Shown: positions 1 through 8,805, numbered from the stretch's first letter. The stretch: 64,000 nt of DNA from Candidatus Moraniibacteriota bacterium (GCA_016699425.1 CP064975.1:987957-1051956), one strand, 5' to 3'. A program made the numbers and translations. Notes: generated by a model from the sequence alone, not told the origin.

Positions 1-425
1 AACCGACTTCGGTCGCCAAACGCATCGCCGAAACCAGTGGCGTCGCCATCCAGAGCTTCAGTATCATCTACAAACTCGTCGAGACGGTGAAGAGCGATCT
101 CGCCGCCCTCCTGCCGCCAGAAATTATCCGGACTGACTTCGGCCGACTCTCCATCCTCGCCATTTTCAAAAGCGGCAAGCGCGACATGATCATCGGTGGC
201 CGCGTCGCCGAAGGGAAGATCGTCCGCGGCACGCTCCTCGAAGTCAAGCGCGATGGAGAAATCATCGGATCCGGAAAAATGGGTAATCTCCAACAGAACA
301 AGAAAAACGCTGATGAAGTCGGTCAAGGCAACGAATGCGGCCTCGTCTTCGACGGCGCGGTGAAGCTCGCGGTCGGTGATACCCTCATCTCCTACCAAGT
401 CGAGGAAAAACGCCGGACTCTGTAG
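1..425 (+). CDS. infB: Translation initiation factor IF-2, C-terminal part (gene begins upstream of the window)
   Basis: The frame is open from the window edge. The translation (...SFSIIYKLVETV...GKIVRGTLLEVKRDGEIIGSGKMGNLQQNKKNADEVGQGNECGLVFDG...) matches the conserved IF-2 C-terminal beta-barrel domain. TAG stop at 423-425. Confidence 0.85.
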   Translation, partial: PTSVAKRIAETSGVAIQSFSIIYKLVETVKSDLAALLPPEIIRTDFGRLSILAIFKSGKRDMIIGGRVAEGKIVRGTLLEVKRDGEIIGSGKMGNLQQNKKNADEVGQGNECGLVFDGAVKLAVGDTLISYQVEEKRRTL

Positions 426-484
426 GTGTTATCAGCGCAAGAAAACAGCGGCTCAGCCGCTGTTTTTACTATTAAGGTGCTATT

Positions 485-1003
485 CTATGGCTTCTCCCAA
501 GCCCACAATGTACGGCCGTTTTCCTCTTTGACGAATCCAAGCGCCCGCATATTATCATCACCGATATCCCTGCCTTGTTTTCCATAAAGCCCGCGGAGAG
601 CTTCCGCATACTCATCTTCGGAAATACCGAATGTCTTTTTCCACTGCACTACATCTCCGACAGAACGAACTGCTCCGTCTCGACGCGTTACCAGGTACAA
701 CAAACTATCAAGTTCTTTGACTGCATCATCATGAAGCGAGGCAGGATCAATATCAGCAACCTTCATCATTCTCAAGTCTTTCTCGTTTATACCTTTGCCA
801 TCCATGACTTCTTTTACAACAAATTTTTTCACACTCTCTCCATCAAACGATAATTTATCCATTAATACCTTCGCATAATCATTGAACTCAGCATCGCTTG
901 ATTGTATCAAGGTACAAATCATTTTGGTCGCTAACTCTGGCGATGGCTGTTCCCCAGGCTTCAACGCTGAAAATGCTTCCTTATAATATCCCTGCTTTTT
1001 CAT
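485..1003 (-). CDS. Hypothetical protein (172 aa)
   Basis: Long ORF with a 4-bp ATGA overlap with the upstream ORF, consistent with an operon. No recognisable motif. Confidence 0.55.
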   Translation of the reverse strand: MKKQGYYKEAFSALKPGEQPSPELATKMICTLIQSSDAEFNDYAKVLMDKLSFDGESVKKFVVKEVMDGKGINEKDLRMMKVADIDPASLHDDAVKELDSLLYLVTRRDGAVRSVGDVVQWKKTFGISEDEYAEALRGLYGKQGRDIGDDNMRALGFVKEENGRTLWAWEKP

Positions 1004-1449
1004 TGCATTGACAATTGTACCGACCTCTTCTCCTGTATTTTCTGCATTTCCCCAACCGAACCCTCCTGCACCACTTCGGCTACTCCTGTTCCTCCTTCAA
1101 GATTCCCGTCCTTGATCTGCCCCAACAGCTTGGCAGCTGCGGCCGCATCAGCCTCTGCCTGTTGTCGGGCTTCTTCCGCGATTCTCGCTTGTTCCTGAGC
1201 TGCCGCTTCCGCCACCTTGCTCTCACCAATAGCCTTGTTCATGTCGCCGGCTTCTTCCCGTGCACTACCCAACATTTCATCCTTGGCTCCTTCCAAGGCC
1301 TTCGCCTGCTTGGCCAGTTCTGCCACCTTGTCATAGTCCCCGGCTGCTACTGCCTCTGCAATCGATTTCTTCTGTGCTGCGATTTCTTCCTCTTTGGCCG
1401 CGTACGACTCCCGTGACGACCCTTCTGTCGACTGCGCTTCAAAATCCAT
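1000..1449 (-). CDS. Hypothetical Ala/Glu-rich coiled-coil protein (149 aa)
   Basis: ORF translationally coupled to 485..1003. Low-complexity AEAAAQEQARIAEEARQQAEADAAAAAK region. Confidence 0.5.
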   Translation of the reverse strand: MDFEAQSTEGSSRESYAAKEEEIAAQKKSIAEAVAAGDYDKVAELAKQAKALEGAKDEMLGSAREEAGDMNKAIGESKVAEAAAQEQARIAEEARQQAEADAAAAAKLLGQIKDGNLEGGTGVAEVVQEGSVGEMQKIQEKRSVQLSMQ

Positions 1450-1668
1450 AGAGCTCGTTTAGATGGTTTAGATCTGCCTTTACATTTTCATTATCCCCCC
1501 CGTCAGACGTACCAGTCAAATAGTTTATTCCAGCACTTTCAATTACACGTCCGATCATCAGTCTCACCGCAATTCTATCCTCCCGCTACTCAAACAATGG
1601 TTGACGGCTTGTCTGCGGCCGCCTATACTCGAACCTCGCATGTATCTACATGTTAGACTGAAAATGCT

Positions 1669-1881
1669 ATGCGATATCCTATCCCCACTCCCGTTTTGGA
1701 AACGCTCCGCGCCTTGGAACAGGCTGGATTCAAGGCGTATATCGTCGGTGGATCGCTGCGCGACCTCCTCATCGGCCGGACGCCCAAGGACTGGGATATT
1801 ACAACTGATGCTCGACCAGAGGAAATCCAGAAAGTGTTCCCTGAGTCAGTCTATGAAAATACTTTTGGGACCGTGGGGTGA
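1669..1881 (+). CDS. cca: CCA-adding tRNA nucleotidyltransferase, N-terminal fragment (head-domain start); stops at a TGA after a GGGG run
   Basis: Contains the GGSLRDLLIGRTPKDWDITT motif of the Pol-beta-like nucleotidyltransferase head. The reading frame ends TVG* at 1879-1881 and continues in the -1 frame. Confidence 0.7.
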   Translation: MRYPIPTPVLETLRALEQAGFKAYIVGGSLRDLLIGRTPKDWDITTDARPEEIQKVFPESVYENTFGTVG

Positions 1882-3242
1882 AAGTTGAACGCTTCAGTCC
1901 GGAACCTCCTGCCAACAACGAAGCGGTCTTTGAAGCCTCTGATAAGTCGTCCGAAAATGCTCCCCTTCAGAAGCCTTCATCCGACACAAAGGAGAAAGAG
2001 ATAATCGAGGTCACGACCTTTCGCGCCGAGACCGGCTATAGCGACCAGCGCCATCCTGATACAGTCTCTTTCGTCACCTCGATTGAGGCTGATCTCGCGC
2101 GCCGCGATTTCACCGTGAACGCTATGGCCGGACGGGTAACAGGAAACATCAACGAGACCGAGATCGATATTATCGATCCGTTTCATGGACAGACTGATAT
2201 CGAGCAGAAGTGCATCCGAGCGGTCGGTAACCCCGATGACCGTTTCACCGAAGACGGCCTGCGACTCCTCCGCGCCATCCGCCTCCCCGTCGAACTGAGC
2301 GATCCAAAGCAAGCGGACCTGACTTGGACGATCGAGGCGAATACCAGACAAGCGCTCCAGAAACACGCCGACATCCTGACTCGCGTCGCATTCGAGCGCA
2401 TCCGCGATGAGTTCTCACGGATAATCCTGTCGGCCCACCCGAGCCAAGGAGTCGCCCTCCTCCAAGAAACTGGTTTACTTCGGCATATCATCCCCGAGCT
2501 GGTAGAGGGTGTCGGCGTCGCCCAGAACCTACACCACATCTATACCGTCTGGGAACATAATCTCCGTGCTCTCGCAACCTGTCCATCGACAAAACTTTCG
2601 GTCCGGCTCGCCACGCTCCTCCACGATGTCGGCAAGCCGCGCACGAAACGAGGCGAGGGGTACCATTCGACGTTCTACAATCACGACCATGTCGGCGGTC
2701 GCATGACGAAGAAGATTCTTGAACGGCTTCGCTACCCGAAGAAGATTATCGACCATGCTGCGATGCTCGTCGACAATCACCTCTTCTACTACAATGTGGG
2801 TGAAGTGACTGAAGCATCCGTCCGGCGACTCATCAAACGTGTCGGCCTGGAAAACATGGATGACCTCATGGCCGTGCGCATCGGTGATCGGCTTGGCTCG
2901 GGTGTCCCCAAGGCCAAACCCTACAAACTCCGTCACCTCGAATACATGGTCGACAAAGTCTCTCAAGATGCAACCTCGGTGAAAATGCTGAAGGTCGATG
3001 GATCAGCGCTCATGGCCGAACTTAATCTCTCACCTGGTCCGAAGATTGGGGCGTTACTTGAGTGTCTCCTCGCCGAAGTCATCGATGACCCCGCGCGGAA
3101 TGTCCGGGAACAGCTTCTTGACCGAGCCCGGCAACTCATGGATAATGACCTCGATGCACTCCGACTCCTCGCCCAAGAACGGATCCATGAGGAGCGCGAG
3201 TCAGAGGATAAAACCATCCGCGGACGCCATCACGTCGCCTGA
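1878..3242 (+). CDS. cca: CCA-adding tRNA nucleotidyltransferase / poly(A) polymerase with HD domain (remainder of the gene in a different frame)
   Basis: EVTTFRAETGYSDQRHPDTVSFVTSIEADLARRDFTVNAMA is the conserved head/neck region. The HD domain reads LLHDVGKP...FYNHDHVG. The start shown is a GTG created by the frame change. Confidence 0.8.
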   Translation: MKVERFSPEPPANNEAVFEASDKSSENAPLQKPSSDTKEKEIIEVTTFRAETGYSDQRHPDTVSFVTSIEADLARRDFTVNAMAGRVTGNINETEIDIIDPFHGQTDIEQKCIRAVGNPDDRFTEDGLRLLRAIRLPVELSDPKQADLTWTIEANTRQALQKHADILTRVAFERIRDEFSRIILSAHPSQGVALLQETGLLRHIIPELVEGVGVAQNLHHIYTVWEHNLRALATCPSTKLSVRLATLLHDVGKPRTKRGEGYHSTFYNHDHVGGRMTKKILERLRYPKKIIDHAAMLVDNHLFYYNVGEVTEASVRRLIKRVGLENMDDLMAVRIGDRLGSGVPKAKPYKLRHLEYMVDKVSQDATSVKMLKVDGSALMAELNLSPGPKIGALLECLLAEVIDDPARNVREQLLDRARQLMDNDLDALRLLAQERIHEERESEDKTIRGRHHVA

Positions 3243-3246
3243 AATC

Positions 3247-3317
3247 GGAGTGTTGTATAGTGGTATTACGCACGCTTCGGGTGCGTGTGACCCGGGTTCG
3301 ATTCCCGGCACTCCGAC
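3247..3317 (+). tRNA. tRNA-Pro (anticodon CGG)
   Basis: Hand-folded cloverleaf. Acceptor CGGAGTG/CACTCCG with C1:G72 and A73, both bacterial tRNA-Pro identity elements. D-loop AGTGGTA. Anticodon stem CACGC/GCGTG with loop TTCGGGT (U33, CGG, G37). T-arm CCGGG-TTCGATT-CCCGG. No encoded CCA. Confidence 0.85.
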
Positions 3318-3337
3318 AAGAAATGTGACAGGGCAAG

Positions 3338-3398
3338 GGTGCGTGTGACCCGGGTTCCCTGCCTGTCGGCAGACAGGGATTCCCAGCACTCCGACAAT
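3338..3398 (+). repeat. Truncated copy of the 3' two-thirds of tRNA-Pro (anticodon loop to 3' end) with a 20-nt hairpin insertion in the T-loop
   Basis: GGGTGCGTGTGACCCGGGTTC...GATTCCCAGCACTCCGACAA repeats tRNA positions about 34-73. It is interrupted by CCTGCCTGTCGGCAGACAGG (6-bp stem CCTGTC/GACAGG, loop GGCA). One G-to-A change lies in the T-stem. Confidence 0.7.
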
Positions 3399-3545
3399 TG
3401 CTATCTAGCCCAAAAGTGAGGAGCATGTGCCGCTTATAGTCTTCACTGACACATCCATCTGTACCCGAAAAGCTGCTCCCCGCGCTTGACGAGACTGTCA
3501 CGAGAAGACGTACACCCACCCCTGAACGCTATTCTCCATTTGGCT

Positions 3546-3851
3546 ATGAAGCTCCTCATCGAACACCCATCGGACACCACCGTGACACTCTTCCGTCGTG
3601 CTGGCTATATATTCCAACGAGAAGAAGGGACCGAAACTAGCTTCATCCGACCGCTCGGAAGCTCGGGTTATCCGCGCTTCCACTGTTATGTGAAATCCAA
3701 GCCTGACTCTATAGAATGTAGTATTCACCTCGATCAGAAGCGCGAAACGTATGGCCGGACCACGCGGCACCACGGTGAGTACGAGGATGCTGGGGCGCTC
3801 GCTGATGAGATACGGCGCATTCAGCCGCTTCTAGGAGTGCGGGAGAGGTAG
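3546..3851 (+). CDS. Hypothetical small protein (about 101 aa) between tRNA-Pro and tRNA-Leu
   Basis: ORF only. No motif and no clear ribosome-binding site. Sits inside a tRNA-flanked segment. Confidence 0.3.
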   Translation: MKLLIEHPSDTTVTLFRRAGYIFQREEGTETSFIRPLGSSGYPRFHCYVKSKPDSIECSIHLDQKRETYGRTTRHHGEYEDAGALADEIRRIQPLLGVRER

Positions 3852-3924
3852 CGACAGACATTCAAGCAACGGCACTATAGGACACCATACCTGGGCGGAA
3901 GAAGTGTCTAGCAGAAATATATTT

Positions 3925-4008
3925 GCCATGGTGGCGGAATTGGTATACGCGCTAGCCTTAGGAGCTAGTGGGAGTAATCCCTTGAGAGTTCGAGTCTCTC
4001 CCATGGCA
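3925..4008 (+). tRNA. tRNA-Leu (anticodon TAG), type II with long variable arm
   Basis: Acceptor GCCATGG/CCATGGC with A73. 3-bp D-stem. Anticodon stem CTAGC/GCTAG with loop CTTAGGA. Variable arm GGGAGTAATCCC. T-arm GAGAG-TTCGAGT-CTCTC. Confidence 0.85.
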
Positions 4009-4072
4009 CAGTGAAAACGAGAGTGAGGTGGGCTAGCCTTTGACGCTGGATGTCTGGAGAACCTGTGAGTAC

Positions 4073-4093
4073 CCTGCCTATCGGCAGATAGGG
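4073..4093. repeat. Second copy of the small hairpin repeat (CCCTGCCTATCGGCAGATAGGG) related to the insert at 3359-3378
   Basis: Same 6-bp stem and GGCA loop. It differs by compensatory changes on both stem arms (G-to-A and C-to-T) that preserve the base pairing. Confidence 0.55.
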
Positions 4094-4110
4094 TGGTTAC
4101 TCTCTTGAAC

Positions 4111-4142
4111 AATAGAGACAGAAGACCCTCCGGAAGGAGGGT
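4111..4142 (-). terminator. Stem-loop terminator-like hairpin downstream of the 961-aa surface protein gene
   Basis: GAAGACCCTCC-GGAA-GGAGGGTCTTC is a perfect 11-bp stem. It lies immediately 3' of the minus-strand ORF ending at 4155. Confidence 0.5.
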
Positions 4143-4154
4143 CTTCTGTCTCCT

Positions 4155-7040
4155 TTAGCGCGACTGACGATTCCGAGATATAGCTGCTTCTGGTACATTG
4201 GGGATGACCGCAAACACGACTCCCGAAGCAAAAAGGATGAGAGCAACAGAGAAGAACACCTTCAGCGAAAAGAGTACCGATCCAGGGAGATAGCTTGCGA
4301 TGAGTGCATAGTACTTCTTCACACCCGTTTGAGTAATATTCAGTATCTCCGGCTGTTCGACTTGGGTACTGCCGCCAAAATAGCTTTCTGTCGTATCGAG
4401 TGAAGAAAGTCCCCAAATATCCTCCATCGCTTGACGAGTGAGCGTACTGGGTCGATAGACGGCGGTCAGAGAAACATTATAGACCGCTTGTCCAATCTTG
4501 TTCGCTGAGAACGCAATCGTATTCGTCGTCCCATCACCATATGGTACACCATCGACACTCCAGGAACGTTCGACTTGTGGCGGAGGAATGTTTGCGAGGA
4601 AATCAGGAGTGAAGAGTGCCCGAACCGGGACCGTACTCCCCGCCATTGTCTCCAGCGTTTCCTTGCTATATTCGGTGTAAGCGCCACCGTCCGTGTCCAG
4701 GTATTGACCAAGTGTCTTGGGCCAGACGCTGCCCATGTCATTCGATACGATACTCACTGATGGCTGGACTATCCGGAAAGTCCGAGAGATGGTCACGGTT
4801 CGTTCCGTCGAGCCGGCCGTGCTCGCCTGGTTCGCTGTGACGGTGATATTGAATGTATCGCCGACATTCCCAATCACCGGGAAGAAGTTGATGTTCCCTT
4901 GACGATCATCGAAGCAACTCGTGGCGGATACCCGCGCATTACAGATGAGCGGCTGACCATTGATGGTCCAATTGTAATTCGAGAGTCCAGCCCCCGGCAC
5001 TTCCAGCCCGATAATCTCATTCTTGATAACACGACAGAGTTTGCCATCCAAACGAGAGAGGGCTTGCTGTTCGGGCGGATCTGCCGGATTCACGATGCCC
5101 GAGCAAATCTCGTTGGCCGCATTGATCGAGACACGGGCCGGATCGCCAGCTGCCGTCACCGTATGGGCGAGGATGCGATCCTGGCTCGCATTGAACTTCA
5201 CAATGACGTCGCTCCGTCCCCGGCGAGTCGTTCCAGTCCCACTAAAATTTTCGGCAGCATCCACGCGGAAGCGCAGATAGCCGATATCGTTCAGGAGATA
5301 GTTCGTGAAAGGACGACCGTTGAACGTATCTGTTCTCTGCATATTCAAGTCGAGCTGCACCTTATTGACACCATTGCCCCGGACCTGGGACAAGAGCCGA
5401 CGACCCGGGAGGTTGTTCAGCGAACTCGTGATATTCACCCAACCAGCTGCTGGATTGGCTGTCCCGTCTGGCGAGAGCTCAACCCGCCAATCATAGTACA
5501 CCTGTTGTATTCCGCGGGCCGAGTTGTCGATGGTGGCCACGGCATTTAATTGGTCACCGTCACCCCGAGTCGTGACATCATTGAGTGGATCCTCGGGTGA
5601 AGCCGTGACTGAGAGATTAAGATTCGTTGATTGACCACCTTCAGCCGGATCGACCAGGTTCCAGCGAGCACACCAGCGCAGATCATGCGCAATAGTTGGG
5701 ATAACTACTTCATAACCAGCAATATTCCGTGTATATGACCCAGTATTGCCGTTATTCGGACAATTATTCTTCGACCAGGCCCACATGATCATATTGGATG
5801 AGTCCCGATACTTGGTCGCGTTCATCGAAGTCCCTTCGACCACCACTCCCACCTTATCGCCCGGCTGATAATTCCAAATAAAGGTGTCCCGGCCGAGCCC
5901 GACTACATTGGCCTCATCTTTATTCCCATTATCAGCTGTGTCTGGATCAGCAGGATTGGTCCGCCAGAACTGTTCTTCGGCAGCGCCGTAGGTGCCGTCC
6001 CCGGCCGTAAAACCTGGGGCCTGGGGGAATATGTGCCGACAAATTGGATTTGCATTGCTTCGGCCGACGCCGCCAGGCCGTGAACAGTACGTTAGACCGA
6101 TACTACAGAATGTCGCCGTGGCGGGATTCGAAACGCAGCATGGTGTTCCGACATTGCAGGCCGGGCTGCCAGACTGGGTACAATACGGCAGGCCCGAGAC
6201 ATAGTCATTCGCTTCGTCGAGATTGAAAGTCTCACCTTCTGCGGTCGCCGTCCCACCGGTCGCTGTTCCGCCCCCGGCACCACTCCCATCACTCGACGAG
6301 CTCGCCGTCCCACCGGTCGCACTGAGTTCCAGTATGCCCGGCGTGACATTGGCGCTCCCCACCATACAAATTGGTTGAGTGCCAGCTGGGCAGCCCCAAT
6401 CAACCTCTCCGACATCGGCATCGACGATCTCGTAATTCTCACCACTAGTATTGTCATGATAGTAGCAGTGATTCGGGACATTGACCCGGTTATCCCCTCC
6501 GAAACGGGCAAAGTAACCATCGTTATCAGTATCCACTCCATAATTCACGTTGGCCAAGTCAAGGTCATTGGAAGCGATTATCCGGTGCGCCTCGATCATG
6601 TAGTCTTCCTCGTCCGCCCAGTTGTCACCATTCAGATCGCAGCGGGCAATATTGAGGTTGCCTTCACATCCCGCCCGCATAAGGAACCACGTGAAGTAAA
6701 GATTACTCGCCTCACTCATAAAACCAGATGGAAAAGCACGGGCGGTAAGTTTTTCCCCCGGCTTCGGGTCCGAGGGTGAGAAGAAGAGTGAAACCTCCGG
6801 TGTTATTTTCTTGGCGTTAGCGACATTCATCGTTTCACCCTGCTCCTGGACGGCACCAGTGTTTACATGATAGCGTCTCTCAATATCCGCTGCCGCTTCA
6901 GAAGGGGAAGGTATCTTGATACTCGGCGATCCCCCAAAGAGCCCGGCTGAGGCAGGCAAGACAGAAACAATAAACAGCTCCAAACTCATCAAGAGACGGG
7001 CGAGCTGCAGGATCTTTTTGTGTTTTCTGAAACTCAACAT
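4155..7040 (-). CDS. Large secreted/cell-surface protein (961 aa); N-terminal signal peptide, Gly/Thr/Asn/Cys-rich ectodomain, C-terminal transmembrane anchor
   Basis: N-terminus MLSFRKHKKILQLARLLMSLELFIVSVLPASAG. Low-complexity TGGTASSSSDGSGAGGGTATGGTATAEGE stretch with multiple Cys. C-terminal hydrophobic segment followed by basic residues. Last gene of the T4SS-like operon. Confidence 0.7.
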   Translation of the reverse strand: MLSFRKHKKILQLARLLMSLELFIVSVLPASAGLFGGSPSIKIPSPSEAAADIERRYHVNTGAVQEQGETMNVANAKKITPEVSLFFSPSDPKPGEKLTARAFPSGFMSEASNLYFTWFLMRAGCEGNLNIARCDLNGDNWADEEDYMIEAHRIIASNDLDLANVNYGVDTDNDGYFARFGGDNRVNVPNHCYYHDNTSGENYEIVDADVGEVDWGCPAGTQPICMVGSANVTPGILELSATGGTASSSSDGSGAGGGTATGGTATAEGETFNLDEANDYVSGLPYCTQSGSPACNVGTPCCVSNPATATFCSIGLTYCSRPGGVGRSNANPICRHIFPQAPGFTAGDGTYGAAEEQFWRTNPADPDTADNGNKDEANVVGLGRDTFIWNYQPGDKVGVVVEGTSMNATKYRDSSNMIMWAWSKNNCPNNGNTGSYTRNIAGYEVVIPTIAHDLRWCARWNLVDPAEGGQSTNLNLSVTASPEDPLNDVTTRGDGDQLNAVATIDNSARGIQQVYYDWRVELSPDGTANPAAGWVNITSSLNNLPGRRLLSQVRGNGVNKVQLDLNMQRTDTFNGRPFTNYLLNDIGYLRFRVDAAENFSGTGTTRRGRSDVIVKFNASQDRILAHTVTAAGDPARVSINAANEICSGIVNPADPPEQQALSRLDGKLCRVIKNEIIGLEVPGAGLSNYNWTINGQPLICNARVSATSCFDDRQGNINFFPVIGNVGDTFNITVTANQASTAGSTERTVTISRTFRIVQPSVSIVSNDMGSVWPKTLGQYLDTDGGAYTEYSKETLETMAGSTVPVRALFTPDFLANIPPPQVERSWSVDGVPYGDGTTNTIAFSANKIGQAVYNVSLTAVYRPSTLTRQAMEDIWGLSSLDTTESYFGGSTQVEQPEILNITQTGVKKYYALIASYLPGSVLFSLKVFFSVALILFASGVVFAVIPNVPEAAISRNRQSR

Positions 7041-7043
7041 ATT

Positions 7044-7724
7044 TCAGCGAAGGATGAGCACCATGACATCGGTCAGAAACAGGAAAAACCACGATGCGCC
7101 ATAACTGTACCAGAGAGATCGAGACTGATAGGCGATGAGTCCGGCAAACGGAGCAAAAATAAGCGATGGGATGGTCGAGGCGTTGATGTCATCGCTGGCA
7201 TAGAACAGGAAACCGATGAGTGCCGCCTGAACAACGACCGACCAAATCCCCCACCTCCGGAGCCACAATAACATTATAAACCCTCGAAAGAATACCTCAA
7301 AGAGCAGCACGATGAATCCATTCAGGAATACCTCGTACAGAACAAAAAAGAGGAATTGCTCCTGGACTACCACCGGGAGCTGATAGTCTTGGAGAAGCGG
7401 AGTGAAATTCCACAAGACAAATAGTGCAGCTAATGCGGCAATGAGCGCCAAAACACTTCCCCCGATGCCGGCCCAGACATTCCCTTTTTGGAAGCCAAGT
7501 GCTGACAGCGGACGACCGAGCAGTACCTTACAGTACGCGAGCGGCATGATGAGAAAAATACCGATCGCTGCAATGATACTTTGAAGCATCGGACTGATAC
7601 GATCATCCCCGCCGAGAAACCACAGAACGAGTAACGAACCAGTGACGACCGTCATCGTTCCGAGGAATTCCTTGTGCCGAGCAACTACCTGTATCCATCG
7701 TTCCATAAAAACTGGAAAGCTCAA
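7044..7724 (-). CDS. CPBP-family-like polytopic membrane protein (degenerate protease motifs)
   Basis: Multi-TM ORF containing the FEVFFRGF motif (ExxxR-like). Its stop is 3 nt from the start of the next gene. Confidence 0.45.
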   Translation of the reverse strand: MSFPVFMERWIQVVARHKEFLGTMTVVTGSLLVLWFLGGDDRISPMLQSIIAAIGIFLIMPLAYCKVLLGRPLSALGFQKGNVWAGIGGSVLALIAALAALFVLWNFTPLLQDYQLPVVVQEQFLFFVLYEVFLNGFIVLLFEVFFRGFIMLLWLRRWGIWSVVVQAALIGFLFYASDDINASTIPSLIFAPFAGLIAYQSRSLWYSYGASWFFLFLTDVMVLILR

Positions 7725-7894
7725 ACCAAATCAAATTAATTGGTTACCGGATCAAATCCGGGAGAACCTGAATTTCTGCCCTCAAAAAATGACCACGGAG
7801 TCTCGGTGCTGTCGCTCATTCCGTATTAGAATGGTTCATCTTTACTTATTATACACTCTCACAGACGCGCCGATCATCTCATGCTTTTTTTCCT

Positions 7895-8800
7895 TTACGC
7901 TGCCCGGCGCATCACAGCATCGTTAGCAGCCGCACGCTGCCTTCCCCTCTCATAGAGTTTTCCTCCTTCTTTTGACATTTGTCTCCCAGCAGCACGTGCG
8001 ACCTCCTGCTCACCTAATTTTGTAGCTATCATGCCCGCTTTCCCGAGTCTGGTTACTTCTCCCACACCTGTCATATCAGCCGCCATAAACGCCGCTCCTG
8101 TCGCGCCATGCCTCACTCGATCAGTCCCAGAAAGTCTTCTACCATCAAGCCGTTTTCCCGTTACTGACTCACCGACCATCTTTGCCGATCCAACCACCGG
8201 CACCCAATCAGCACCTCTCGAAAGGCGGGTCATTCTCGGGTTTTGTGCGACGTCCCCTTGAGCAGAGAGCGTTTCCGCTTCCGTAGACGCGTCAGCCGAA
8301 GCATTTGAGGAAGCCGTCTCCTGGGCGGCTCTACTCTGAACTAACGCGCGTTGTCGCGCCACGCCACGGAGATCACCCGCCATCTTAGGAGTGGCTCGAT
8401 CGAGTGAGTCTAACACCCCTTTGGATTTATCAGCATCCTTCTTTGCTACATGGTACGCATATAGGACACACACCGTTTGGAACGGGATAAGATTTATAAA
8501 AGGGATGAAGTCGAGCAATGAAAGGAAGAAGACGACTAAACGGACCTTCCATTTCCCTCGCCCCCACATGAAGATGAATAGGTACACTGAAATGAAGAAC
8601 CCGAAGACGAGACCGATGAATGGGATGAAATCAAAGATACCATCTTTGGCAAGTGCAAAAGCCAGCGGCATAAGAAACACGGAGAGGTCTCCCTCTTTGA
8701 CCCTTCTCCGGTGCTCAAGAGCAAGGTGTGTCGCGCTCTTCAACTGCTTCCATTTGCTCTGCTGAAGCTGGTCGAGCTCGAGATCAAAATCCTCATCCAT
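7895..8800 (-). CDS. Hypothetical membrane protein (301 aa), T4SS-cluster associated
   Basis: ORF with two to three hydrophobic segments and a charged Ala/Gly/Arg-rich C-terminal tail. Lies 5 nt downstream of the virB4-like gene. Confidence 0.55.
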   Translation of the reverse strand: MDEDFDLELDQLQQSKWKQLKSATHLALEHRRRVKEGDLSVFLMPLAFALAKDGIFDFIPFIGLVFGFFISVYLFIFMWGRGKWKVRLVVFFLSLLDFIPFINLIPFQTVCVLYAYHVAKKDADKSKGVLDSLDRATPKMAGDLRGVARQRALVQSRAAQETASSNASADASTEAETLSAQGDVAQNPRMTRLSRGADWVPVVGSAKMVGESVTGKRLDGRRLSGTDRVRHGATGAAFMAADMTGVGEVTRLGKAGMIATKLGEQEVARAAGRQMSKEGGKLYERGRQRAAANDAVMRRAA

Positions 8801-8805
8801 AGAAC

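Noticed and set aside
1876-1884. Possibility that TGA is recoded (for example to Gly or Trp as in some CPR lineages), which would make the cca frame continuous
   Set aside because: Reading through the TGA in the original frame does not continue the conserved cca sequence; the conserved EVTTFR block is in the -1 frame. Many other genes in the window terminate at TGA with proper-length products (for example cca itself at 3240-3242). The standard code is therefore retained, and a -1 frameshift or indel in the G-run is the explanation.
4111-4142. CCGGAAGGAGGG hairpin as a possible SRP-RNA helix 8-like motif (GGAA tetraloop)
   Set aside because: The perfect 11-bp stem lacks the conserved asymmetric internal loops and the AGCAGCC-type sequence of 4.5S RNA. 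It sits directly at the 3' end of a gene, so a terminator or stabiliser hairpin is the simpler reading.
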